From positions 189,750 through 253,749 of the forward strand of contig JACROH010000001.1 of NCBI GenBank assembly GCA_016214545.1: 64,000 nt of DNA, read 5' to 3'. The translations under genes were made by a program, and so were the position numbers. Below, one piece after another: positions 35,960 to 43,861 of the stretch (the first letter of the stretch is position 1; every line of letters begins with the position of its first letter). This DNA comes from Candidatus Lloydbacteria bacterium. Its GTDB lineage: Bacteria > Patescibacteriota > Minisyncoccia > Phycocordibacterales > 21-14-all-47-15. Under the pieces are notes generated by a model. The model made no database searches and was not told where the DNA came from. It was given only the letters and a program-made list of their open reading frames with translations.

Positions 35960-36721
35960 TCATGCTGCAAGCCAGCCGCCGTCTACATAAAAAGTAGCGC
36001 CTGTTATATAGCTTGCTTCATCAGAAGCAAGAAAGACGACCGCTGCGGAGACTTCTTCGGGTTTTCCGATTTTTTTTAACGGAACGCGTGCAAGCATGGT
36101 ATCCATAGCGTCTTTCGGCATTTGTGCCGCTTGTACCATTGGTGTGTCTATTGCGCCGGGGGCGATAACATTCACATTGATACCCAGAGGGGCCCATTCA
36201 ATCGCGAGTGTTTCCGACATACCGATAACACCGCCTTTCGATGCGGTGTAGTGCGCGCCGCCGGCAATACCGACGCCAACTTGTCCCGATGCAACCGAAG
36301 AGATATTAATAATGCGTCCCCAGTTATTTTTTGCCATCTCTTTTGCCGCGCGCTGCGCGCAAAGAAACTGCCCCCTAAGATTAATGGAAAGCATTTTGTC
36401 CCAATCTTCTTCGGTTAATTCAATTGCGGGTTTTGAAACATAAATGCCCGCGTTATTGACCAAAATATCAAGACGCCCAAATTTTTTTATGACCGCGTCA
36501 AACGCCGTATCCACATCGGTCTTGCGCGAGACGTCTAACGTTACGCACATTGCTTCGCCGCCTGCCGCGTTTATTTCTTCAACTACCGGCAAACATTCAT
36601 CCGCGTTTATGTCGGTTACAGCAATTTTTGCTCCTTGACGCGCCAAAAAAAGCGCATGTGACTTTCCCATGCCGCGTCTGCCGCCGGTAATCAACGCGAT
36701 TTTTCCCGTGAGGTCAAACAT
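35960..36721 (-). CDS. Short-chain dehydrogenase/reductase (FabG-like)
   Basis: TGGRRGMG (TGxxxGxG), NNAG, YTASKGG (YxxxK). ATG 36721 is preferred over the track start at 36829. Confidence 0.85.
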   Translation of the reverse strand: MFDLTGKIALITGGRRGMGKSHALFLARQGAKIAVTDINADECLPVVEEINAAGGEAMCVTLDVSRKTDVDTAFDAVIKKFGRLDILVNNAGIYVSKPAIELTEEDWDKMLSINLRGQFLCAQRAAKEMAKNNWGRIINISSVASGQVGVGIAGGAHYTASKGGVIGMSETLAIEWAPLGINVNVIAPGAIDTPMVQAAQMPKDAMDTMLARVPLKKIGKPEEVSAAVVFLASDEASYITGATFYVDGGWLAA

Positions 36722-36749
36722 ATTTTTTATCGCGCGCAAACGCGATACA

Positions 36750-36878
36750 TTATTTATTAATTTGTTTCCAGAGCCAGAGACCGAGAAGTACAAGGTCGAT
36801 AAACACCACAAGCCATGTGGTGAAACCAAATGTTCCGATGCCTCCCATCATTCCCCAGCCGCTATAATATCCCATCAT
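36750..36878 (-). CDS. Candidate 42-aa Gly/Trp-rich small membrane protein (below the ORF-track cutoff)
   Basis: My own translation: MMGYYSGWGMMGGIGTFGFTTWLVVFIDLVLLGLWLWKQINK. Fills the gap upstream of the SDR gene. No clear SD. Confidence 0.3.
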   Translation of the reverse strand: MMGYYSGWGMMGGIGTFGFTTWLVVFIDLVLLGLWLWKQINK

Positions 36879-36949
36879 GTATTCATTATAATCTCTACCG
36901 TTTGTGACACAAGACGCCGCGGGGGATAAAAATTGTGGAATGAAAAATT

Positions 36950-37276
36950 CTATTTCAATTTGGTGCCGGCGGGGATAGCGTCGCCTACCTCAAGTAACGA
37001 AAACGCTTCGGGATTATTTGCCGCTAAAATCATGGCCTGGCTTTCAAAACCGCGGATAGTGCGCGGCTCGAGGTTCGTAACAAAAATAAATTTTCGGTTC
37101 ACCAAAACTTCCGGAGCGGGGAAATGAAGCGCGATACCGGAAACGACTTGCCGCGGAGCTTCTTCCGCAAAGTCGACTTTGAGGATGAGCAGTTTGTCGG
37201 CATCCGGCATTTTTTCCACGGATACAATTTTTCCGACAGTCATATTCACTTTTGCAAAATCGTCTATTGAAATCAT
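36950..37276 (-). CDS. Stand-alone tRNA-binding domain protein (Trbp111/CsaA-like)
   Basis: FAKVNMTVGKIVSVEKMPDADKLLILKVDF...FVTNLEPRTIRGFESQAMIL. ATG 37276 is preferred. Confidence 0.8.
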   Translation of the reverse strand: MISIDDFAKVNMTVGKIVSVEKMPDADKLLILKVDFAEEAPRQVVSGIALHFPAPEVLVNRKFIFVTNLEPRTIRGFESQAMILAANNPEAFSLLEVGDAIPAGTKLK

Positions 37277-37289
37277 GTGTTTTGTTTTT

Positions 37290-38723
37290 TTACACCTCTT
37301 CAACCAAAAGGAGATTGGTGCCGCCGGAGCGCCCAAAGGGAATACCCGCGGCAATGACCACCTTGTCGCCCTTTTTTGCGATTTTGTTTGTAAGCACAAA
37401 AGCCCGCACGGTTTTCATCACTTCGGTGATGTCGGCAAATTCGTTGATGTGCGCGGACGAACATCCGAAAGAAAGCGAGAGCTGGCGTATCGTTTCTTCG
37501 CGCGGGCTCATTACGATAATCGGCTGCTCCGGGCGGTAGCGTGAAATCATACGCGCCGTGAGCCCCGACTCGGTAAGCGCCACAATTGCTTGCGCATGCA
37601 CGGTGTAGGCCGTGCTCACTACCGCGAAGGTTACCGCGTCTACCGTTTCTTTTTGCGCATTTTTTGCGTCGGAGGCTGGGAGTTTCCCATAGAGTGCGGT
37701 GTAGTGCGGATAATTTTTTTCAACGGACAAAGCAACGCGGCTCATCATTTCTACCGCTTCCACCGGGTATTCACCCAGAGCGCTCTCTTCGGAAAGCATT
37801 ACGGCGTCCGCGCCGTCTAAAATGGAATTTGCGACATCGGACACTTCTGCGCGCGTTGGCACCGGCGATTTGATCATTGATTCCATCATTTGCGTCGCCA
37901 CAATGACCGGCTTACCAAGCTCGCCGCATTTTTTGATAATCATTTTTTGGAGCATCGGCACTTCCTGCGGAGGCACTTCAACGGCGAGGTCGCCGCGCGC
38001 GACCATGATGCCGTCCGTCTCGGCGATAATCGCATCTATATTTTTGATCGCTTCTTCGGTTTCAATTTTTGCGATAATCTTTGCTGATGATTTCGCTTTC
38101 GCAAGCAGGGTGCGCAGCTCTCGTATGTCCGAAGCGCGGCGCACGAATGAAAGGGCGATAAAATCAACGTTGTGCTTGATTCCAAACGGCAAGTCTTTTT
38201 TGTCTTTTGCGGTGAGGCAGCTGATCTTGAGCGATACGCCGGGAAGATTGACACCGCGGCGGCCTTTGGTCTCTCCGCCAACGATGACACGGCAGACAAT
38301 ATCAGTACCGGACACGGAAATAACCTCAAGACGTTTTTTCCCGTCATCAAGGAGAATGGCGTCTCCCTTTTTTACCTCTTTCGTGAGCGTGGCATAATTG
38401 ACGAAAGCTTTCTTTTCGTCGCCGACGCATGCTTTGGTCGTAAGAGTGAAAAGGGAGCCTTTCTTGAGCATTACCCGCTCCTGATAAAAATCGCCGATGC
38501 GGATTTTCGGTCCCGACAGGTCTTGCAAAATGGCGATAGGAGCGGAGAGTTTCTCTGCAACGGCGCGGATATTTGCCACGCGCGCGGCGTGCTCTTCGTG
38601 CGAGCCGTGCGAGAAATTAAGACGGCACACGTTCATTCCGGCTTTTACCAGTTGGGTAAGCACCGTCGCACTTTCAGATGCCGGGCCGATGGTTGCCACA
38701 ATTTTTGTTTTTTTGGTTTGCAT
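37290..38723 (-). CDS. pyk: Pyruvate kinase
   Basis: TKIVATIGPAS, NFSHG, MVARGDLAVE, ATQMMESM. Confidence 0.93.
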   Translation of the reverse strand: MQTKKTKIVATIGPASESATVLTQLVKAGMNVCRLNFSHGSHEEHAARVANIRAVAEKLSAPIAILQDLSGPKIRIGDFYQERVMLKKGSLFTLTTKACVGDEKKAFVNYATLTKEVKKGDAILLDDGKKRLEVISVSGTDIVCRVIVGGETKGRRGVNLPGVSLKISCLTAKDKKDLPFGIKHNVDFIALSFVRRASDIRELRTLLAKAKSSAKIIAKIETEEAIKNIDAIIAETDGIMVARGDLAVEVPPQEVPMLQKMIIKKCGELGKPVIVATQMMESMIKSPVPTRAEVSDVANSILDGADAVMLSEESALGEYPVEAVEMMSRVALSVEKNYPHYTALYGKLPASDAKNAQKETVDAVTFAVVSTAYTVHAQAIVALTESGLTARMISRYRPEQPIIVMSPREETIRQLSLSFGCSSAHINEFADITEVMKTVRAFVLTNKIAKKGDKVVIAAGIPFGRSGGTNLLLVEEV

Positions 38724-38828
38724 TCGTTTTTTGATTTTAAGAATAAGGTTTTTATACTAACACAAAAAAGCCCGGTTCGTCCAAATGGTCGTATAAGTAA
38801 TTTTTTTGTTGTACACTATTATTAATAT

Positions 38829-39389
38829 ATGAGTACCCAAGAGAGACATTTGTTCAATGATATTCTTTTTTTGACGGTGAGTATCGGATTTGCCGTTTTT
38901 ATTGTAAAAATCGGGATGGTTCGCGAAATGGTGGAATGGCTCGACAGCTTGCGGTGGCTCGGCATCATTTTTGCGGGTGCATTCTTTACCTCTGCGTTTA
39001 CAACCGCTCCGGCAATAGCGCTTTTAAGTACGTTTGCCGAGACGATCCCGCTTGCGGCGCTTGCCGTATTGGGCGGATTTGGGGCCGTGTGCGGTGATTA
39101 TGTTATTTTTCGTTTTGCGAAAGACCGCATAGCACAAGACTTCAAATATCTACTCTCTTTTTCAAAAAGAAACCGATTTTCTGCTATTTTTCAGACTCGG
39201 ATTTTTAGATTTTTTGTGCCATTTCTTGGTGCGCTTATCATTGCATCTCCCTTGCCGGATGAGATTGGTATCACAATGCTCGGATTATCCAACATGAAAG
39301 ACAAAATATTTTTTCTAATATCTTTTTTAGCAAACGGAACCGGCATTTTCATCATTGGTTGGATAGCAAAAACAGTATCAGGGTTATAA
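38829..39389 (+). CDS. Multi-pass membrane protein, unknown function
   Basis: About 5 hydrophobic segments. No motif recognised. Confidence 0.55.
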   Translation: MSTQERHLFNDILFLTVSIGFAVFIVKIGMVREMVEWLDSLRWLGIIFAGAFFTSAFTTAPAIALLSTFAETIPLAALAVLGGFGAVCGDYVIFRFAKDRIAQDFKYLLSFSKRNRFSAIFQTRIFRFFVPFLGALIIASPLPDEIGITMLGLSNMKDKIFFLISFLANGTGIFIIGWIAKTVSGL

Positions 39390-39443
39390 ACAGGCTCTAA
39401 AGGCCGATACAAGTTTGAAGCGAGCGCGTATCGCCTCGTTTGA

Positions 39444-39941
39444 TTACAAAAAGATAAACGAGCAAGCAACGACGACAAAAACCAGAAGCGCTTGAAGGAA
39501 AACGCCCATCTGCCAGCTTTCTATTTTCTGCTTTGTGTGAATCCAATAATGAAATTTTTGTAATGAGATGAGCGGCTCATGGCGAAATTTGTAATAGACG
39601 AATTGCAGCGGGTCCGGCAGGATGCCGCCCACGACGCCAATAATGAGGGTTTGAATCCCTAAAGGATCCGATGGCTGGAAAATGAGAATGGAGAGAGCAA
39701 GGCCAAGGATGGCGTCAAACGCCATTTTCCCGAAGTCGATTATAAAATCACGGTTGACGACAATGTCGCTTTGCAGCGGGTCTTCCTCGTTGGTTTTTGC
39801 CGATTTCAGATGGTAATCCCAGTGGGGAATCGCATCAATCAAAAAATGGCTCGCGACCGCGGCGAAGAATGCAAAAACTGGATTAAATGAAAAAAGTCGG
39901 GCTGAAGCGACGCCGACGATGGCATGGGTGGCGAGGGTCAT
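39444..39941 (-). CDS. YdjM/DUF457-like membrane-bound metal-dependent hydrolase
   Basis: N-terminal HAIVGV and HFLIDAIPHWDY. 4-5 TM segments. Confidence 0.5.
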   Translation of the reverse strand: MTLATHAIVGVASARLFSFNPVFAFFAAVASHFLIDAIPHWDYHLKSAKTNEEDPLQSDIVVNRDFIIDFGKMAFDAILGLALSILIFQPSDPLGIQTLIIGVVGGILPDPLQFVYYKFRHEPLISLQKFHYWIHTKQKIESWQMGVFLQALLVFVVVACSFIFL

Positions 39942-40210
39942 ATATGTTTTGTGGGGCTGCTTTTATAGCCTTCTTTTATTAATAGGTTATTTTTTCTTGC
40001 AATACTGCGATTATATCCGCCGAGCGCGCCATCAGAACGAATGACACGATGGCAGGGGATTGCCGGGTCATAATTTGTTTTCAAAACGGCGCCTACCGCG
40101 CGCGCCGCTTTTTTGTTGCCGGTCCGTTTTGCTACCTCGCCGTAGGAGAGTGTTTTTCCTGCGGGAATTTTTTTTACTATCGCGAAGACTTTTTGTTTGA
40201 ATGAGGTCAT
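39938..40210 (-). CDS. ogt: MGMT-family protein, catalytic C-terminal domain only (90 aa)
   Basis: SYGEVAKRTGNKKAARAVGAVLKTN..IPCHRVIRSDGALGGY. ATGA overlap with the downstream ydjM-like gene. Confidence 0.75.
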   Translation of the reverse strand: MTSFKQKVFAIVKKIPAGKTLSYGEVAKRTGNKKAARAVGAVLKTNYDPAIPCHRVIRSDGALGGYNRSIARKNNLLIKEGYKSSPTKHI

Positions 40211-40249
40211 GATGTTTAATGTGTCATTGTATCACAATGAAACAGCAAT

Positions 40250-40279
40250 AAAAAAGACCCCGTTGGTATTCACGGGGTC
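40250..40279 (-). terminator. Intrinsic terminator after the Cys-rich protein gene
   Basis: GACCCCG-N10-CGGGGTC with a T-run on the minus strand. Confidence 0.75.
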
Positions 40280-40311
40280 CGGGAGGCTTACTCGTTTCAA
40301 AGATTTTAAAT

Positions 40312-40599
40312 TCAACCAACAATATTATAGCCTGTTCCTCCGCAGACACCGCAGACAGGTGATGTCATGTACGCACTGGACGGCGATTCATAGGTGAACA
40401 GATTACACTTACCAGGACGAAAGACGCCCTCTCCGCATTTAGGGCAGGCAAGGACAGCCCCGCGGATTATTTTTATTTCACCGCAAGAATCTTTGGTCTC
40501 TTTTGTGGTTTGCAAATAGCCCGAATGTTTGCAGGTTCCAGATCCGTTGCAGTGGACACATTTGATAACTTGGCGATTATTAACGACAAGAACGTCCAT
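40312..40599 (-). CDS. Small Cys-rich protein with DnaJ-type CxxCxGxG zinc-finger repeats
   Basis: CVHCNGSGTC, CPKCGEG, CGVCGGTG. ATG 40599 (MDVLVV) is preferred. Confidence 0.6.
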   Translation of the reverse strand: MDVLVVNNRQVIKCVHCNGSGTCKHSGYLQTTKETKDSCGEIKIIRGAVLACPKCGEGVFRPGKCNLFTYESPSSAYMTSPVCGVCGGTGYNIVG

Positions 40600-40744
40600 T
40601 TGACACCTCCGCTGGTTGGCGATGATTATTGTTAACAAAGAAAATTTATTAGATAATAACATCACGTTAATCTTGTGTCAAATTTTTTATTGGCTCATTC
40701 AAATTCTGTCTGTTGGGTATGTCGGCGTTGTTCTTGCGTAGTTT

Positions 40745-40782
40745 AAAAAACACAAACCCCAGAAATGGGGTTTGTGTTTTTA
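40745..40782. terminator. Bidirectional terminator at the left border of the R-M cassette
   Basis: ACACAAACCCC-AGAAAT-GGGGTTTGTGT flanked by A and T runs. Confidence 0.85.
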
Positions 40783-40786
40783 CAGG

Positions 40787-41659
40787 TTATGTTGATTTGG
40801 CTCCCGAATTAAAACTTTCGCAAACTTTTGAAATCATTTTGCCAAATCTGATACACAAATCCAAGAAGCGAAATCTGAAGTGAACCGCCTCGCTTCGCTC
40901 GGCGGAACGCTCGGGCGTGGCGGAATTCCTCCCCCCAGCCCCCTCCTTCCGCCACGCCCTCGCTTTGCCGGCGAAAAATTTCTGCGGCTGTTTTAATTCG
41001 TTGATCCCCAAAATAACAAAAACTTGTAAAACAGTAAGAGGATAATTCCATCTATCAGGCAAAAATCTTAAATGATATTTCTCTTCGTTATAGATAAATT
41101 GAACTTGGGCATTCGGCGCAACTAATATCTGCTCTGTCGGCACCAATTGCACAGCTTGAGGTGCCGGATTACAATTTATAAGCACACTTTGTATCTTTTC
41201 TAATTCTTGAATCAAATTTCCTATAGATGCCTTTTGCTGAAAAATAATTCCTGAGTTTGGAGAAAAAGTATATTCTTTGCCGTTCAGATTACATTGCATC
41301 ATGATATCAATATCCTTTTCGTATTTTGGTTCGGTAACAGCGAAAATAAACTGGGATTGGTTCGTAGTCTGAAGATCGAAGCGTAGAAAAGTGAGGCGAG
41401 CGAAAAAATCCAACCTTTCCAAAGTTGATGATATCGCGTCTATTTCATTCTCAATACTAGCGTTCCTTTCTGAATCAATCACTTTAACCTTCTCGCATTT
41501 TACTCCATCGCATTCTCGCTTGAATCTGATCGTATAATCTTGTGGAGTCAACTTATTTACAATAAGATAAGCTCCACCAAAAATAACAAGAATAATCAGC
41601 ACAAATCGTGCTAATTGATAAATGCTTTGCTTTTTTGGTATTTCCCAATTTTTACACAT
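40787..41659 (-). CDS. Membrane-anchored hypothetical protein, fourth gene of the R-M operon
   Basis: Its ATG overlaps the nuclease stop (TAATG). One N-terminal TM segment (LARFVLIILVIFGGAYLIV). The last ~55 codons are read from IR-L sequence and the stop lies beyond the IR. Confidence 0.55.
   Translation of the reverse strand: MCKNWEIPKKQSIYQLARFVLIILVIFGGAYLIVNKLTPQDYTIRFKRECDGVKCEKVKVIDSERNASIENEIDAISSTLERLDFFARLTFLRFDLQTTNQSQFIFAVTEPKYEKDIDIMMQCNLNGKEYTFSPNSGIIFQQKASIGNLIQELEKIQSVLINCNPAPQAVQLVPTEQILVAPNAQVQFIYNEEKYHLRFLPDRWNYPLTVLQVFVILGINELKQPQKFFAGKARAWRKEGAGGRNSATPERSAERSEAVHFRFRFLDLCIRFGKMISKVCESFNSGAKST
40795..40804 (+). repeat. Direct repeat ATTTGGCTCC, left copy (TSD-like)
   Basis: An identical 10-mer lies at 43681-43690, just outside the other IR terminus. 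Confidence 0.7.
40807..40965. repeat. Inverted repeat, left copy (IR-L)
   Basis: The reverse complement matches 43529-43683. 40821-40917 is 100% identical to 43573-43669. Confidence 0.9.
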
Positions 41660-42456
41660 TATAAAATTGTTGTTTTCTTTTCGTACAACATAGGCAAAGC
41701 GTCCTGTCTCATGCGGAATTTTGTGCCGTGATTGTGTCCGGTACGAGCGTCAAAATCTACAAGGATTTTCCCTTCGTCCAACGCCTTCAAAAATCCTTCA
41801 AAATTGAATTTCTGCAACATCATTACTTTTGTGTAATGGTAAAATTCCTTTTCCCGGACGATTTTCACTTCGGCCTGAACATAAAAAGCGTTGAGTAGTT
41901 TTGTTCCTGCCTTATGTTCCAAATCGTCAAAACCCCAATATGGTTGTGGATCAAGTTCACCGAGGCCGACACGCTTCTTCACGGACTCAACCCATGCTTT
42001 GTGCCGCAAGTCCGCACTTTTTGCATCAAATGAAATCAAAATCTTTTTCTCTTTCCGGTCAATCACGACCTTAAAGCCCCGATCACTTCGTGACTGTCCG
42101 TGGATTGTTTGCCGGAAACTCATCTCTCCTTTGGGATATTTTTTGCCGTCCTCTTGGTGTGCCCAACCATATTTTGGCAAGAGGACTTGTGGCACGAAAC
42201 GAATTGCGCGCGGCGAGGGCTCAATATGGAAAAGTGTTGTGAGCGAGGTGGAATTAAGACGCTGCGCTTTCAATTCCCATTCTGCGGCGTTGGGAATTGG
42301 CAAATTATTTTCTTTGATACCGAGCAAATCTTCCAAAGTATTGCCGATGCCGCCAGCATTGCCTCGCCGCGCATTCGGTACAAATCCCATTGCTGAAATT
42401 TCTTTTAGTTTTGCAATCAGCTCTGGCTTTGTATAAGTCTTAGGCTTGTTTTTCAT
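41659..42456 (-). CDS. Type II restriction endonuclease (MutH/Sau3AI or MvaI-BcnI-like)
   Basis: GNAGGIGNTLEDLLGI...AEWELKA resembles the N-terminal nuclease pattern of that fold. 17-nt overlap with the methyltransferase gene. Confidence 0.6.
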   Translation of the reverse strand: MKNKPKTYTKPELIAKLKEISAMGFVPNARRGNAGGIGNTLEDLLGIKENNLPIPNAAEWELKAQRLNSTSLTTLFHIEPSPRAIRFVPQVLLPKYGWAHQEDGKKYPKGEMSFRQTIHGQSRSDRGFKVVIDRKEKKILISFDAKSADLRHKAWVESVKKRVGLGELDPQPYWGFDDLEHKAGTKLLNAFYVQAEVKIVREKEFYHYTKVMMLQKFNFEGFLKALDEGKILVDFDARTGHNHGTKFRMRQDALPMLYEKKTTIL

Positions 42457-43219
42457 ATGTAGGTTGGAATAGTTTAGCTTGAGATTGATGTTGTTTTATT
42501 CTCTTTTCTGCCATTTCGCAATACTCCGGTGAGATATCAATGCCGATATAATCTCGGCCAAAGTTTATTGCAGAAATCGCTGTTGTACCCGAGCCCATAA
42601 ATGGGTCCAAAACAACCTTTGCATCTGTTGATCCGACAATTCTATCAATCAAACTGACCGGAAAGGCGGCGGGGTGGTCATTGTTCATCTCTTGCGTAAA
42701 CTCCCAGACATCGCCGTGCGCATTTGCTTTGGTTTTCAACATAAACTTCGACTTGGCGATAAGGTAAACAACTTCGTAAGTCGGGAGGAAATATCCGGGA
42801 TTGAAATTGAGGCCACCTTTCCGCTTCCAAATAATTATTTGTCGGACGGGAAATCCACTCACGATGTCTTGGCGGTCTTGCAATAAGCCGCCCTGCACAC
42901 GCCATTTGTGATTGTAGAAAATTGCACCGTCCTCCGGTATCAAACGCAACATTTCGATCAAACAATCTCTTTGCCACTTCACATACTCATCGTGCGGCAT
43001 ACAATCATTGTGGTGCGAATAGCCCTTTTGCAGGGCGGCATTTGCCCACTTTCCGCCTCGCCCGTCTTTCATTCCATTTCCGGTTGAATTTTTGAGATTG
43101 TAAGGCGGTGAAGTAACAATCAAATCAACCGAGCCGTCCGGCAATTCCTTCATAACATCGACAGCAGAACCGCAGACGATTTTGTTGAGATATTTCTTTT
43201 TGAAATCTGTTTTTGTCAT
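42440..43219 (-). CDS. DNA methyltransferase, beta class (N4-cytosine or N6-adenine)
   Basis: Motif IV DLIVTSPPY near the N-terminus and motif I VLDPFMGSGTT near the C-terminus. Confidence 0.9.
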   Translation of the reverse strand: MTKTDFKKKYLNKIVCGSAVDVMKELPDGSVDLIVTSPPYNLKNSTGNGMKDGRGGKWANAALQKGYSHHNDCMPHDEYVKWQRDCLIEMLRLIPEDGAIFYNHKWRVQGGLLQDRQDIVSGFPVRQIIIWKRKGGLNFNPGYFLPTYEVVYLIAKSKFMLKTKANAHGDVWEFTQEMNNDHPAAFPVSLIDRIVGSTDAKVVLDPFMGSGTTAISAINFGRDYIGIDISPEYCEMAEKRIKQHQSQAKLFQPTYEKQA

Positions 43220-43221
43220 AT

Positions 43222-43422
43222 CTATTTTTTCAAAAGATCATCAACTGAAACCCCAAGGGCTTTCGCAATCCTTTGGATTGTCTCAATGGTAGGGTTAGGA
43301 CTTTCGTCCAACTCTATCTTAACAACTGTATTTAAAGACAAATCAGCAAGTTTAGAGAGCTTATCTTGCGAAAGCCCCTTGTCTTGACGAAATTTTTTGA
43401 TGTTCTTGCCTATTGTGGACAT
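43222..43422 (-). CDS. Controller (C) protein, XRE-type HTH, 66 aa
   Basis: LSQDKLSKLADLSLNTVVKIE. Lies directly upstream of the methyltransferase. TATAAT 5 nt before the ATG suggests a leaderless mRNA. Confidence 0.75.
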   Translation of the reverse strand: MSTIGKNIKKFRQDKGLSQDKLSKLADLSLNTVVKIELDESPNPTIETIQRIAKALGVSVDDLLKK

Positions 43423-43528
43423 AGTAGATTATAATGTATGGAAAGTGATATAATACTTATATGACTTGCAAATCAATTATAACAACTTTCCATTCTTTTC
43501 TCAATGCCGCAAAAAAATCTGTCCGTCC

Positions 43529-43683
43529 AAGCGAGGGAGTGGCGGAAGGAGGGTGTGGGGGGAATTCCGTCGCGCCCGAGCGTTCCGCCGAGCGAAGCGA
43601 GGCGGTTCACTTCAGATTTCGCTTCTTGGATTTGTGTATCAGATTTGGCAAAATGATTTCAAAAGTTTGTGAGGGTTTTAATT
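43529..43683. repeat. Inverted repeat, right copy (IR-R)
   Basis: See IR-L. The ORF-track 153-aa ORF across it is not considered real. Confidence 0.9.
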
Positions 43684-43690
43684 TGGCTCC
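43681..43690 (+). repeat. Direct repeat ATTTGGCTCC, right copy (TSD-like)
   Basis: Abuts the IR-R terminus and overlaps the start of the tRNA-Asn 3' fragment. Confidence 0.7.
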
Positions 43691-43703
43691 GCGGGTAGGA
43701 TTC
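43686..43703 (-). repeat. Duplicated tRNA-Asn 3' end (18 nt)
   Basis: GCTCCGCGGGTAGGATTC is identical to 43861-43878. Confidence 0.9.
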
Positions 43704-43814
43704 TCGGTTTACAACCGCAGTATAGGTTTCCCATCCCGACGTGACGTCGGGATATGGGAGAACCTTTTCGAATCCTGCATGCAAAGCAAGCAGTTGCTTT
43801 GCTCCGCGGAGCTT

Positions 43815-43846
43815 AAAAAATCAAAAACCCCCAAGATTGTGGGGGT
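43815..43846 (-). terminator. Intrinsic terminator after tRNA-Asn
   Basis: Minus strand CCCCCA-CAATCT-TGGGGG followed by TTTTTGATTTTTT. Confidence 0.7.
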
Positions 43847-43861
43847 TAAGATTTTTACAAG

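Larger units (their letters stand above)
40805..43683. mobile_element. IR-bounded, direct-repeat-flanked cassette carrying a C-M-R restriction-modification operon (no recombinase gene)
   Basis: ~155-bp terminal inverted repeats with a 97-nt identical core, flanking 10-bp direct repeat, adjacent to tRNA-Asn fragments. Confidence 0.45.

Noticed and set aside
36722-36829. N-terminal 36-aa extension of the SDR ORF
   Set aside because: The Rossmann TGxxxGxG motif follows directly after ATG 36721. The extension overlaps the candidate micro-ORF region in another frame and has no RBS.
37822-38825. Long plus-strand ORFs (191 and 217 aa) antisense to pyk. Similar shadow ORFs occur inside rpoB, rpoC, dnaG, rpoD, the ALDH gene, gdhA, typA, priA, rseP, copA and the aaRS-like gene (e.g. 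8548-8964, 12458-12889, 15495-16112, 24387-25073, 27594-28157, 34433-35065, 48626-49270, 53313-53855, 61262-61759).
   Set aside because: They lie entirely within well-supported genes on the opposite strand. They have low-complexity or Ser/Arg-rich compositions typical of antisense frames, no RBS and no recognisable motifs.
40807-43683. IR pair considered as a DGR template/variable repeat pair or a recombinase-driven inverton
   Set aside because: The mismatches are not adenine-specific and lie at the repeat ends. No reverse transcriptase and no invertase or tyrosine recombinase gene lies within or beside the segment. Homologous inversion remains possible, as noted in the finding.
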